Shown here: piece by piece, positions 50,989 to 63,600 of the stretch
Position numbering within the stretch: the first letter of the stretch is position 1
Layout of the letters: each line of letters opens with the position of its first letter
Source of the DNA: Torpedo marmorata
Taxonomy: Eukaryota
Direction: 5' to 3'
Assembly: GCA_977017645.1 (NCBI GenBank)
Contig: OZ360237.1
Span: forward strand, 79,422,001-79,486,000
DNA length: 64,000 bases
Position numbers and translations under genes: made by a program
The notes under the pieces: generated by a model
Database searches by the model: none
The model's input: only the letters and a program-made list of their open reading frames with translations
What the model was told of the DNA's origin: nothing

Positions 50989-51132
50989 AAAAAAGTAAAA
51001 CACGAAAATCTGTAGACACCGTGGTTGAAGTAAAAAACACAAATGCTGGAGAAACTCAGCAAGTAAAACAGTGTATTTTATGTTGCAACGGTAGAAATAC
51101 ATAACCGACGTTTCGGGCTTGAGCCCTTCATC
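50989..51132 (-). mobile_element. Penelope pLTR tail truncated at the hammerhead core
   Basis: TSD AGAGAAAATATG (50977-50988, 51133-51144); matches 55673-55811. Confidence 0.88.
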
Positions 51133-51780
51133 AGAGAAAATATGCCTGGGTGCATAATAGTTCCATATCAGCAATTTACTGCTCATTGTACATGTAAATT
51201 TAATTTCATAAAAGTTGTGGACCAAATGGACCAAAATTCTGTTTGGTGCAACAAATACCTGTCCTCACAGAGCGAACACTTCTCAGCTCCAAACTAAAAT
51301 GCATTATTTTGACTTTGGCAACCACAGCTGGTGCAGTTGATGACACGCAAGGTTTGTATTGTTATTGGAATGTATTTTATTAACAGTAGAACTGGAAAAA
51401 CAAAATTCAAATGGTTCCAAATTTATTCAAAAGTGATCAGTGACGATTCAACTAAAAATTAATCCAGCTTCACTCTCGGTTAAGCTCACTCATAACTCTC
51501 CAAAAGCATCTGTCACTTGCTACAAAACTGGTGTTTGGGTGAACTACAAACTACTGATCCAGAGAGCAGATGGAGTTAAACTCCCAAGAGTAATACAGAA
51601 ATATCACAAACCTTCTTTATATTTATGTACCCCAGCACCTATTTTATAGAATGTCTACTAAAAATAAACTAGTGAAAAGTTGTGACACATTTTGTTAAAT
51701 TCATCAATGACATTCATGATCAGACACTGTAACACCATACAGTGACAGGGTTGCCACTGAAGGTAAACAGTGGTGCTCAC

Positions 51781-51930
51781 CATGGTGCTGTCGATAGAAA
51801 TATGCCATGGACCAATCTCTGTGCACCACAATCTGAATGCAATGTATTAGGGTGCAATTTTATATTCTCATATTCTGCCTTTATTATATCTTTATGTTCC
51901 TTAATTGATAATTGGATGAAATAAGCTCAC
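51781..51930 (-). other. Candidate 150-nt exon ending in ACCATG
   Basis: Acceptor TTGTTTTATTGCAG; donor ATG|GTGAGC; unique DNA. Confidence 0.35.
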
Positions 51931-53783
51931 CTGCAATAAAACAATGAATAAAACATATTTATTTCATTGGGTTATTGAATGTCATACTTTTCCATCAACT
52001 GCAGTCTTGAAACTGAGAAATCAGAGACGCAAGAACCCAACAAAAAAAATTCACCAAGTCTAAACCTGTTGATTCTTATTAAATTTAATTATTTTCCTTT
52101 AATAAAGATAGTTTATTTACATAAAGGTCTAATATTTCAATTAAAATTTATTCAATAGGGAAAAAAAAGTAATCAAATCCACATTCTCTGCATAACCTCA
52201 GCATTTGATTCAGTCAATCCTCTGAGGAGACCTATGAAGGATTCAGCATCAGGAGATTATGCAATATTAATCTTTAAAGAACACATGAGCATTTATTTAA
52301 TGCACTGTTGGTTTAAGATCAATAATAATCAAAATAAATAATGCAAAGTTAATATTTCATTTTTTCATGAGTCAAGTAATGATTGGGTTAAATAAAATAT
52401 ATAGGACAAGGTACAACTTCAATTTGTAATTTAAACAACCTATACAAATATTTCTATCCGTTCATGTTGACAATCATAGCTACTGGGTGGAAGAATGAAT
52501 AGTTATCAAGGGGTTAGGCAATGAATAAGATGAGGTGACAATCAGCTGACATACAAGAGGGCAAGGTGGATTTGTTTCTCATGAATGGCTGGACTAAATG
52601 GACAAACACCATGTAAACACATTGTATATTATAAATATAAACTATAAATACCGGTAGTTCTGATGGGATGCATTATGCAATTAGCTAGCTATAATGGTAT
52701 GCATGTAGACAACTATCAGTTCCATTAAACACACTGCAGCACTGGTATAAATAATGTGGCACATTATGAATTGATGGCTCTTATCAATAATTGACCCTAA
52801 ATTTCACTAGTTTCATCTTACCTTGACTCACCGAACTAGTTTCATCTTACCTTGACTCCATCTTTTCTCCCCTGGTCCAATCCCTCCCCACCTACATCCG
52901 CGACACCTCACATGCCCTCCATCTCCTCAATGACTTCAGATTCCCTGAACCGGACCGCATCATCTTCACCATGGATGTCCAATCCCTTTATGCCTCTATC
53001 CCCCACACAGAAGGTCTGAAAGCACTTTGCTTCTTCCTGGACCAAAGACCCGACCAGTCACCCTCTACCACCACCCTCCTCCGCCTGGCAGAACTTGTCC
53101 TCACTCTCAATAACTTCTCCTTTAACTCATACCACTTCCTCCAAATCAAAGGAGTAGTCATGGGTACCCGCATGGGTCCCAGCTACGCCTGCCTGTTTGT
53201 GGGCTTTGTGGAGCAATCCATGCTGCAAGCCTACACAGGCAAGACCCCTCATCTCTTCCTCCGTTATATCGACGACTACATCGGGGCTGCCTCATGCACC
53301 TGCGATGAGCTTGTCAACTTCATCCACTTCGCATCCAACTTTCACCCCGATCTCAAACTCACCTGGTCCATCTCCGATAACACTCTCCCCTTCCTGGATC
53401 TCTCTGTCTCCATCTCAGGAGACAAGCTTTCCACCGACATTTACTACAAACCCTCCAACTCCCACAACTATCTGGACTACACTTCCTCACGCCCTGTACC
53501 CTGCAAGGATTCCATCCCCTTCTCTCAATTTCTCCGTCTCCGCCGCATCTGTTCCCAAGATGAGGTCTTCCAGTCCAGATCTTCTGAAATGTTTGCCTTC
53601 TTCCACAAACGTGGCTTCCCCTCCACCACCATCAACTCAGCCCTCACCCGCATCTCCTCCATTTCCCGCTCATCTGCCCTGGCCCCCTCTGCCCCCAGAC
53701 TCAACAAACATAGAATCCCCCTCATCCTCACCTACCACCCCACCAGCTTCCGCATCCAACACATTATCTGCCGGAATTTCCGG

Positions 53784-54958
53784 TGTGACGGATGTGTTAA
53801 TGTTAATATTAATATTTAAAGTTAAGTTTAGAATTAGATATCTTAGTAAGGTTAGTTGTGGGCTGGTACAGGGTTACACACAGGTCACAGCACATTTGCA
53901 GAAAAAAACTATTACTGAGAGAAAGAAATTGCAGCTGGGAGTCTTTCGGAGTCGACACGTCTATGAAAGAAAATAAAAGCCATAAAACCTGAAGTGGTTG
54001 CTTAAAAACATTTAAGTGATTTAAAAACTGAAGTGGTTTTTAAAAGCCTTATGATAGCAGCTGTTGCAAACTCAAGTGCCATTTGAGGGACATATGCCAG
54101 ACTATTCGGAGTCTAATCACTTAAACCTCTTGGAACAGAGATGAGGTCAGAAGTAAGTGATTTTGAAGAAAGGCACGAGGTAATGCTTTCTGAAAATGAA
54201 ACTAAAATTGTGGTGATGTAATGTCACATGATGTCAGAAATATATAATGAAAGCAGAGAGACATTTAGAGGCAGATGGAACCAGACTGGAGAAGGCTCTG
54301 ACGCTTCGGAAAGACGAAGATATAAAGTTTGAAGAACTTTAATATTCTGGAAAGGCAGAATTGAGTCTGAACAGTGATCTGAGTGAGGAGGTGCTGTTCT
54401 GTGTTTTATCCTTATCATAGGAGATACACTAGATGTGGCTTTTAAAATAAGTAAGACCACTTTTCAAATTGTTTCTAAGAAAAGAGGACATCAGCGTATG
54501 TTACTCCTGATTAAGAAATCATTTTGAAGATTACAGTTCCATAACCCTAACAAGATAGGGGGAATCTTGTGAACATTCGTATGAAGACTATCTCTGAAAG
54601 ACAACTCATCAAAAGAAGTGTGAGTTTGAAAGAAATTGAATATTCCATTCTTGCTTTATAATAATTTCTGAATTACAATTTAAAGGGATCCTGAAGAAAA
54701 ACAAAAGAAGTTGAAAACTGGACTTTGAAAATGGACTTTTTCAGATTTAAGTTTAAGCTGAAATAGTTTGGACTTTAACACACACACATTTACATTTGCG
54801 CATAGTGGGGTTTAAGTTAGAGTTAAGTTTAGAGATAAGTAAGATATGTTATGTTATTAATAGTTTAAATAAAAACTATTTTTGAATTTACCATTGTCTG
54901 GTGCATATTCCATTGCTGTTTCTTTGTTAGTACTAGCAAGGTTTGTTAGTTCGTAACA
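53784..54958. mobile_element. Solo LTR of a second family inserted in the Penelope ORF
   Basis: TGTGACG...CGTAACA inverted termini; TSD CCGG; no coding capacity; AATAAA near the right end. Confidence 0.85.
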
Positions 54959-55665
54959 CCGGCACTTACTACAGAATCCTTCTCCTCCCCTCTCGGCCTT
55001 CCGCAGGGACCGCTCCCTCCGCGATTCCCTCGTGCACTCATCCCTCCCCACCCATCGCACCCCCGGCACCTTCCCCTGTGCCCGCAGGAGGTGCAACACC
55101 TGCGCCCACACCTCGCCCCTCACCACAGTCCGGGGCCCAAAACAGGCCTTTCAAGTGAAGCTACACTTCACTTGTACATCCAGAGAACTTATTTACTGCA
55201 TCCGGTGCTCCCTTTGTTGCTTTCTCTACATCGGAGAGACCGGTCGTAGATTGGGAGATCGCTTTGCTGAGCACCTCCTCTCCATCCACAACAACAGCGA
55301 CCCCCCAGTAGACAGCCATTTCAATTCCGAGTCACACTCCCACACTCACATGTCTGTCCATGGCCTTATGTACTATCCCACCCAGACTACCCGCAAATTG
55401 GAGGAACAACATCTCATTTTCCGTCTGGGCACTCTCCAGCCAGATGGCATTAACATTGACTTTTCTGCTTTCCACTAAACCTGCTTGTCTTTTCCTTCCC
55501 CTCCCCCTCACCTGTCCTTCCTGTTTTTTTCCACCCACCCAGCCATCCCTCCTCCCCCTCTTTGCTGCTGTCCCCTCCCTCCTTTCTCCACCTATCATCT
55601 CCTGCCTTTGCCACCCCCCACTTCCCCCCCTCACTCTTTTGTTCGGACGCCTGCCGGCATTTTCT

Positions 55666-55706
55666 CATACTTTGATGAAGGGCTCAAACCCGAAACGTCG
55701 GTTATG
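55666..55706 (+). ncRNA. Minimal hammerhead ribozyme motif in pLTR
   Basis: CATACTTTGATGAAGGGCTCAAACCCGAAACGTCGGTTATG; one stem II mismatch relative to 8130. Confidence 0.65.
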
Positions 55707-56385
55707 TATTTCTACCTTTGCTACATAAAAGACACTGTTTGACCTGCTGAGTTTCTCCAGCATTTGTGTTTTTTACTTCAACCACGGTGTCTACAGATTT
55801 TCGTGTTTTACCCCTAAATTTCACTGTACTGTTCACTTTGAGGAATAGAAAAATGCTTAATAATTAAAACAGTGGTTATAAATATCATGATTAGCACCAG
55901 CTGAGAGATGTCAAGGTAATACAGTATACAAAATATTCCTTTCTCTAAAAATGAAATCAATTGTATATAACAATCTATCACACAAATTTTCCTCTTTTTA
56001 CAGAAAAATAACTAAAAAAGATAATGTGATTTTAGATTTGTGAAGTACATGATCTGGAATGTCAGAACAACAAGTTTTGATTAAAGGTAAATTACACCTT
56101 TTCTAAATAATTTGTTAATAATGGCAAGTGAAAGGAAAATATTTGACCAGCTTTGGGAAAATTAGGATTGCTTTGAAATTGGAAGTATCACTTCAGAATA
56201 AGATGGCAGTTCAGCAATTACTGATCAGTTTACACATGGATTAAAATAGATAGATGCCGGCACACTGACCATCCTTTAGCATAAGCTTCATAAGTTCCAG
56301 TGACACATTATGTTTAAACTTACGATTACAGCACTAAAGCACATTTTTATGACTAACTTTGAAAGTTGCTTTATACAGTAGCATA

Positions 56386-56692
56386 CAGAGGACCCCAAGT
56401 TACAAAATATCTGATATGGAATTCCAACTGTATGCAATTTTTTCTACACATTTTAAGCACTTTTCAAGACAGCTATGTTTTTAGAATATTCATTGATGAA
56501 AACAGTACAGATTCCATTAAATTAATTATGGATAGCGTTGGGGTTATTATTGAATGTAATGAAAGAATTAAAGTGCATGTATGGTGGAACGATTATGGGT
56601 AACCATGGAAAACAGGCATTTCTAACTTCCAGAGGAATTGGTTTACGGATAGTTCTCAGGAACAGAACCCTTACATTAACTGGGACTGCCAG
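56386..56692. mobile_element. Degenerate Tigger-like MITE
   Basis: TA-CAGAGGACCCCAAGTTAC...TTAACTGGGACTGCCAG-TA. Confidence 0.5.
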
Positions 56693-56959
56693 TACTCTAT
56701 CTGCCCCAACAAAATAAATGGGTATCCAGTTATCTCATGGGGTCTGTGTGCAGAGCAGATGAAGGTTGAAAGTGCAAGCAGCTTGTTCTTGTATTTCAGA
56801 TTTGTGTCTCAAACTATTCGTTTTTACTCTTACATGCATATTTTGATACAAGAATTTTACATAAATATTAAGAAATACATGTATGTAATAAATATTTATT
56901 CAAGTATTTAGTTTTTAAACTGCTCCTTTGTGTTGGTTTCAATAACCAAAATGCACACA

Positions 56960-57390
56960 ACATGTACTCGTGTAATAGTCGAACTTTGTGGACAAAATTT
57001 TGGGGTAAAATTTAGGGGGTCAAGCATGGTAAGTATCTGCGTTGTTCGAGGCATCGGGAGCTCAGATGGGCGGCCAACAGGGACCAAGTGGTAAGTCCGC
57101 GTTTGAGACGTGAGCAACTCATATGGGTGGGCGGGCGGCCTGGGCCGAGGCGAGAGTCTGCGATCGGGACGTCGGGAGCTTCGGTGGGTGGGCAGCCGGC
57201 ACGAGAGTCCACAATTGAGGCATCAGGAGCTCGGGCGGGCGGGTGGCTGGGGAGAGTGGCCAGGACGTCAGGAGCTCCAGAGAGTGGGTGGCCGGGGCGT
57301 CGGGAGTTCCGGAGAGCGGGCGGCCGGGCTGTCGGGAGCTCCGGAGAGCGGGCGGCCGGGGCGTCGGCTCAGATGAGAAGTCGGCCTGCA
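56960..57390. mobile_element. Partial Tc2-like element with GC-rich tandem repeats
   Basis: TACTCGTGTAATAGTCGA left-end-like motif; repeats of CGTCGGGAGCTCCGGAGAGCGGGCGGCCGGG. Confidence 0.5.
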
Positions 57391-57494
57391 TTACACTTAC
57401 ACGCTACTAATTCCACTGTCCCCAACACAGCCACACGTGCCACAATCATGGGATCGCAAGCCACACCCACTAACACTACCCAGCCAAAATACCT

Positions 57495-57561
57495 CCGCGA
57501 GCCGCACATTCATGTCGAAAAGCTGCATGTTGCTCGCGAGCCGCAGTTTGGCCACACCTGC
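57495..57561. mobile_element. hAT-type terminal fragment
   Basis: CGCGAGCCGCAGTTTGGCCACACCTG with repeated GAGCCGCA subterminal motif. Confidence 0.55.
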
Positions 57562-57984
57562 ACTATATCATTAAATCATGTACATCCAGACACATGCTGC
57601 AGGCCAAAAGACTCAAAACAATCATTTGTTGTTCTGTATGCAAAATAAAGTGTTATTCCAGGAACCCAATTGAAGTAAAAGCATTTTAAATTATGCAAAT
57701 TTAATATACATTTATTGATAGAACATTATTGACATTTATAATTGATCTATACAGAACGCAGTGTTGAGATGAGACCTTCCAAACTTCCAGTCAAAATTAC
57801 TGTTGAGTATAAACTGAGAATAAATAATTAGAAATGCTGTAGCTGCTGAGTGTCTGGATGCACATATCAGAAGATGTGGCATGGTTATTTTTCCAAGAAA
57901 AAGTTTATTTTGAAGTTTAAGAAATTGGATCCAGATAAAGTATTACATGTTTATTCACATACATTTATATCATGAGGCATGTGA

Positions 57985-58340
57985 TCCATGGAATCTTGGC
58001 TGTGTGGATTCAGAATTGGCTTGTCTGCAAAAGCAGAAGATAGTAGTAGATAGAATGTATTCTGTCTGGAGGTCAGTAACTAGTGGAGTTCCACAGGGAT
58101 CTGTTCTGGGACCCTTGCTCTCTGATTTTGCAGATCACAAAGGTTGGAGATGTGGTAGATAGTGTAGAACGTTGTCATAAGTTACAACAGGATACAGACA
58201 GGATGCAGAGTTGGGTGGAAAAGTGGCAGATGGAGTTCAATCCAGGCAAGTGTGAAGTAATGTGTTTTGGAAGGTCAAACTTGAAGACAGAGTACATGGT
58301 TAATGGCAGGATCCTTAAAAGTGTGGAAGAAAAGAGGGAC
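57985..58340 (+). mobile_element. CR1-type LINE RT fragment
   Basis: VTSGVPQGSVLGPLL; KWQMEFNPGKCEV. Confidence 0.8.
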
Positions 58341-58442
58341 TATAGTGACTTCAATCCAACAAATAGTCACTTGGAGGCTAGGTGAGATACTTGTTCTTGA
58401 CGCGTTTCAATTAATTTACCAACAAAGTCCAATATGTTCAGT

Positions 58443-58496
58443 AACACTGAATTTCATGACTTGTTCATGACAATAAATTCTGATTCTGATTCTGAT
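58443..58496 (+). mobile_element. Isolated Rex1 3' tail
   Basis: AACACTGAATTTCATGACTTGTTCATGACAATAAA then (TTCTGA)3. Confidence 0.8.
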
Positions 58497-58645
58497 GACT
58501 TGTAGCAATCTTCAATAACTTAAATATTTTCTTTAATGAAATATAAACAATTCTTGATAACGATGCTTAATAACGATTCTTCAAAACGTCTATAAACTTC
58601 CTTTAAACGATTCCTTTAACACTCCTTTAAACAAGGCTTTAAATA

Positions 58646-60673
58646 AGAGCTCATAAAGTTTTGGCATGGCAATTAAAAAGAGATCAAATTTCTTTCTAGA
58701 ACTATAAATGCTATAAAAAAAAACTCTGGAGAGATAACTTATAAACCTCGAGAAATAAATGATTCTTTTAAAGATTATTATTTGCATTTATATAAATCTC
58801 AGATTGATCAAGATGATTCTAGAATTACTAGATTTCTATCTAAAATTACATTACCTAAATTGAATACTCAAAGTAGAGAATCTTTAGATTTACCTTTTAC
58901 AATGAGGGAAGTTAATGAAGTTCTTTCTTCATTAAAGAGTGGTAAATCTCCAGGTGAAGATGGGTTTCCATCAGAATTTTATAAGGAGTTTAAAGATTTA
59001 TTAATACCTCCATATATGGAAGTATTGAATCAAATTACGGAAACTCATTCATTACCGGATACTTTTTTAAATGCAATAATCACAGTTATACCAAAGAAGG
59101 ATAGAGATATGTTGAAAACTGAATCTTATAGACCTATTTCATTATTAAATGTAGACTATAAGATAATGGCAAAAATTTTAGCAAATAGAATGGTTAATTA
59201 TTTACCAGATTTAATTCATGTAGATCAAGCTGGTTTTATTAAAAATAGATATTCAAAAGATAATATAGCTAGATTGATTAGCTTAATTAATTTACATAAA
59301 AAGAAGGAAGATTTACCATTAGTTTTAACATTAGACGCTGAAAAGGCTTTTGATAGAGTAGAATGGAATTTTTTATTTAAGGTACTGGAGAAATTTGGCT
59401 TTGGAAATACATTTATTAACTGGATTAAAACTATATATAAAGAACCATCAGCTAAAGTAGTTACAAATGGACAAATTTCTCCAAAATTTCTTTTGACTCG
59501 ATCTACTAGACAGGGATGTCCTTTGTCACCAGCATTATTTATTTTAGCGATAGAACCTTTGGCAGAATTAGTTAGAAAATATCCTAAAATAGTTGGTATT
59601 AAAGTTGGAATGGAAGAACATAAAATTAGTTTGTTTGCAGATGATGTATTGATATATATGACAAAATCTATTACATCTTTAGTACAATTGTCTATTTTAT
59701 TGAGAGAATATGGGGAAATATCTGGATATAAAATTAATTCTGATAAAAGTGAAATTATGGCATTATCACAAGGGGATTATAGTAGATGTAAAGAAATTAC
59801 ACAATTTAAATGGGCAAAGGAAGGAATTAAATATTTGGGAGTAAGGGTTGATACAAAATTGGCTAATTTATATAAATTAAATTACCTACCATTATTTGTG
59901 AAAATAAAGAAAGATTTAGAAAATTGTAAAGATTTACCTATAACTTTAATGGGAAGAGTAAACTGTATTAAAATGAATATTTTTCCAAGAATTCAATATC
60001 TTTTTCAATCAATTCCTTATGGAATTCCTCAAAAAAATTTTAAAGATTTAAATTCAATTATTAGGAAATTTTTATGGAAAGAAAAGTTAGCAAGAGTAGG
60101 TATGGAAAAATTAACTTGGAATTATGAAATGGGTGGCTTACAACTTCCTAATTTTCAAAATTATTATAAAGCAGCTCAATTAAAATTTGTTAATGAATTT
60201 TTTGATTCAACTAAATCTCCTGCTTGGATTAAAATAGAATTAAATAATATAAGTGATGACTCCAAAGAAGAAATTATTTATAAATGGGATTCTAAATTAT
60301 TATCAACAAGAAAGAAAAATTCGCCTATTTTTAAACATTTGTTAGAAATATGGAACAAGACAGATAAGGAAATAGGTGGAAAAGGATTGATTTCTTCAAG
60401 GATGCTTTTATATCAAAATGGACTTATTCCATTTACTGTTAATAATCAATTATTTAAAATTTGGTTTCAAAAAGGTATTAAAAAGATTAAAGATTGTTTT
60501 GAAGCTGGGAAATTTATTACTTTTCAAAGAATGAAAGATAAATTTAATATATCAGATAATACACTTTTTGCTTATTATCAAATTAGAGCTTTTTTGATTG
60601 AGAAATTAGGTTATGCTTTGATTTTACCAAGACAAAATGAATTAGAATTATTAGTTACTAATGGAGATGTTAA
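58646..60673 (+). mobile_element. L1-clade ORF2 segment with open RT domain, cut at both ends
   Basis: 635-aa ORF with KSPGEDG, LDAEKAFD, RQGCPLSP, LFADD; homology stops at GGAGATGTTAA. Confidence 0.93.
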
Positions 60674-63600
60674 CAATGGAGGGGGGTAATACTGGGGTAA
60701 TTGTACCAGTATTTTATTCATTGGGGTTTTCTTTTTTCTTTTTTTCTTTCTTTTCTTTACTTTATCTAAGGGGATATCATATAGTTTACAATTTTGGAGG
60801 GAAAAGCTAGTGGATTTGATTGAAAAGATTTGTTACAGTTTAATTATGATGGATAGTAAGAATATAAATTTAGTAAGTATTAATATAAATGGGCTTAATA
60901 ATCCGATCAAAAGAAAAAGAACTTTAGCATATATTAAAAAGTTGAAGGTAGATATAGCTTTTCTACAGGAGACTCATTTGATAGATTCGGAACATCAAAA
61001 ATTAAAAAGAGAATGGGTTGGTCAAGTGGTGGCTTCTTCATTTAATTCTAAAGCAAGAGGGGTAGCTATATTAATTAATAAAAAGTTACCTATTAAGATA
61101 CAATCGGTAGTTATAGATGTGGCAGGAAGATATGTTTTGATACATTGTCAGATTTATTCAGAATTTTGGACACTCATGAATTTATATGTGTCAAATCCAG
61201 ATGATGAACAATTCATTCAAGATGCTTTTTCACATTTGTCAGAAGCTAACGAGAATATTTTAGTTGGGGGAGATTTTAATTGTTGTTTAGATTCAATAAT
61301 GGATAAGACTTCAAGATCACCGGTTAAAGTTAAAATTGTTAAAAGAGTTCTTAATTTGATGAAAGATTTAAACTTAATAGATATTTGGAGGAAATTGAAC
61401 CCTCGGGAGAAAGATTATTCATTTTATTCTTTTAGACATGATTCATATTCCAGGATAGATTTATTTTTATTGTCCTCTCAAGTTCAAGATAGAATAACGC
61501 AAGCATCCTATAAAGCGAGAGTAATTTCTGATCATTCACCTTTATTAATATCTTGTATAATTCCGGAAAAAGAAAAAACTGTATATAATTGGAGATTTGA
61601 CTTATCCTTGTTAAAAAGAAAAGATTTTTGTGAATATATGAGAAGGGAAATTCAGGAATTTTTGCGAATAAATGCTAATTCTATTAATGATAAATTTATT
61701 GTTTGGGAAGCTTTAAAAGCCTATTTAAGGGGTCATATAATAAGTTATTCAGTTAAAATTAAGAAAGATTATCTTAAGGAAGCAGAAAAACCTGAGAAGG
61801 AGATTGAGTGCTTGGAAAAAGATTTACAAAAAAACAGATCAATTCAAAAAAGAAATCGTTTAATAGGGAAGAAACTACATTATAATTTATTACAAACATA
61901 TAAAATGGAAAAATTAATTGAGAAAACTAAACAAAGATATTATGAATTAGGGTAAAGAGCTCATAAAGTTTTGACATGGCAATCAAAAAATGATCAAGTT
62001 TCTAGAACTATAAGTGCTATAAGGAAGAAAAATTCTGGAGAAATAACTTATAAACCTCAAGAAATAAATGAATCTTTTAAAGATTACTATCTGAATTTAT
62101 ATAAATCTCAGATTGATCAAGATGATTCTAAAATTACTAGATTCCTATCCAAAATTACATTACCTAAACTGAATATTCAGAGTAGAGATTCTTTAGACTT
62201 ACCTTTTACAATGAGGGAAGTTAGTGAAGTTCTTTCTTCATTAAAGAGTGGTAAGTCTCCAGGTGAAGATGGGTTTCCATCAGAATTTTATAAAGAGTTT
62301 AAAGATTTATTAATACCTCCATATATGGAAGTACTGCATCAAATTACGGAAACTCATTCACTACCGAAAACTTTTTAAAATGCAATAATTACAGTTATAC
62401 CAAAGAAGGATAGGGATGTATTTAAAACTGAATCTTATAGGCCTATTTCATTATTAAATGTAGATTATAAAATAATGGCAAAAATTTTAGCAAATAGAAT
62501 GGCTAATTATTTTCCAGATTTGATTCATGTAGATCAAGCTGGTTTTATTCAAAAGACAATATATCTAGATTGATTAGTTTAATTAGTTTAATTAATTTGC
62601 ATAAAAAGAAACAAGATTTACCATTAGTTTTAACATTAGACGCTGAAAAGGCTTTTGATAGATTAGAATGGAATTTTTTATTTAAGGTATTGGAGAAATT
62701 TGGCTTTGGAAATACATTTATTAATTGGATTAAAACTATATATAAAGAACCATCTGCTAAAGTAGTTACAAATGGACAAATTTCTTCAAAATTTCCTTTG
62801 ACTCGTTCTACTAGACAGGGATGTCCTCTGTCACCAGCATTATTTATTTTGGCGATAGAACCTTTGGCTGAATTAGTTAGAAAAGATCCTAAAATAGTTG
62901 GTATTAAAGTTGGTACGGAAGAACATAAAATTAGCTTGTTTGCAGATGATGTATTGATATATATGACAAAATCTATTACATCATTTCAACAATTATGTAT
63001 TATATTAAGAGACTATGGGGAAATATCTGGATATAAAATTAATTCTGATAAAAGTGAAATAATGGCATTATCTCAAGGCGATTATAGTAGATGTAAAGAA
63101 ATTACACAATTTAAATGGGCAAAGGAGGGAATTAAATATTTGGGAGTAAAGGTTGATACAAAATTGGATAATTTATATAAATTAAATTATTTACGATTAT
63201 TTGCGAAAATAAAGAAAGACTTAGAGAATTGGAAAGATTTACCTATAACTCTAATGGGAAGAGTAAATTGTATAAAAATGAATATTTTTCCAAGAATTCA
63301 GTATCTTTTTCAATCAATTCCTTATGGAATTCCTCAAAAAGTTTTTAAAGATTTAAATTTAATTATTAGGAAATTTTTATGGAAAGGAAAGTTAGCAAGA
63401 GTAGGTATGAAAAAATTTACTTGGAATTATGAAATGAGTGGTTTACAACTTCCTAATTTTCAAAATTATTATAAAGCAGCTCAATTAAAATTTGTTAATG
63501 AATTTTTTGATTCAACTAAATCTTCTGCTTGGATTACGATAGAATTAAATAATATAGGAGAAGACCTCAAAGAAGAAATTATTTATAAATGGGATTCTAA

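Larger units (their letters stand above)
52809..55811 (+). mobile_element. Penelope-like retroelement (Neptune-like), 5'-truncated: RT, Cys linker, GIY-YIG, pLTR
   Basis: MDVQSLY, GVVMGTRMGP, RYIDD, CARRRCNTC, LIYCIRC...LYIGETGR; TSD CCCTAAATTTCACT (52795-52808, 55812-55825). Confidence 0.95.

Noticed and set aside
51927-51929. Single in-frame TGA at the start of an otherwise open 49-codon frame, as a possible selenocysteine codon
   Set aside because: No SECIS identified, no selenoprotein similarity, and the exon itself is unproven
53197-53976. 259-aa Ser/Pro/Thr-rich ORF overlapping the Penelope RT
   Set aside because: Shifted-frame by-product of the C-rich codon bias of the RT ORF
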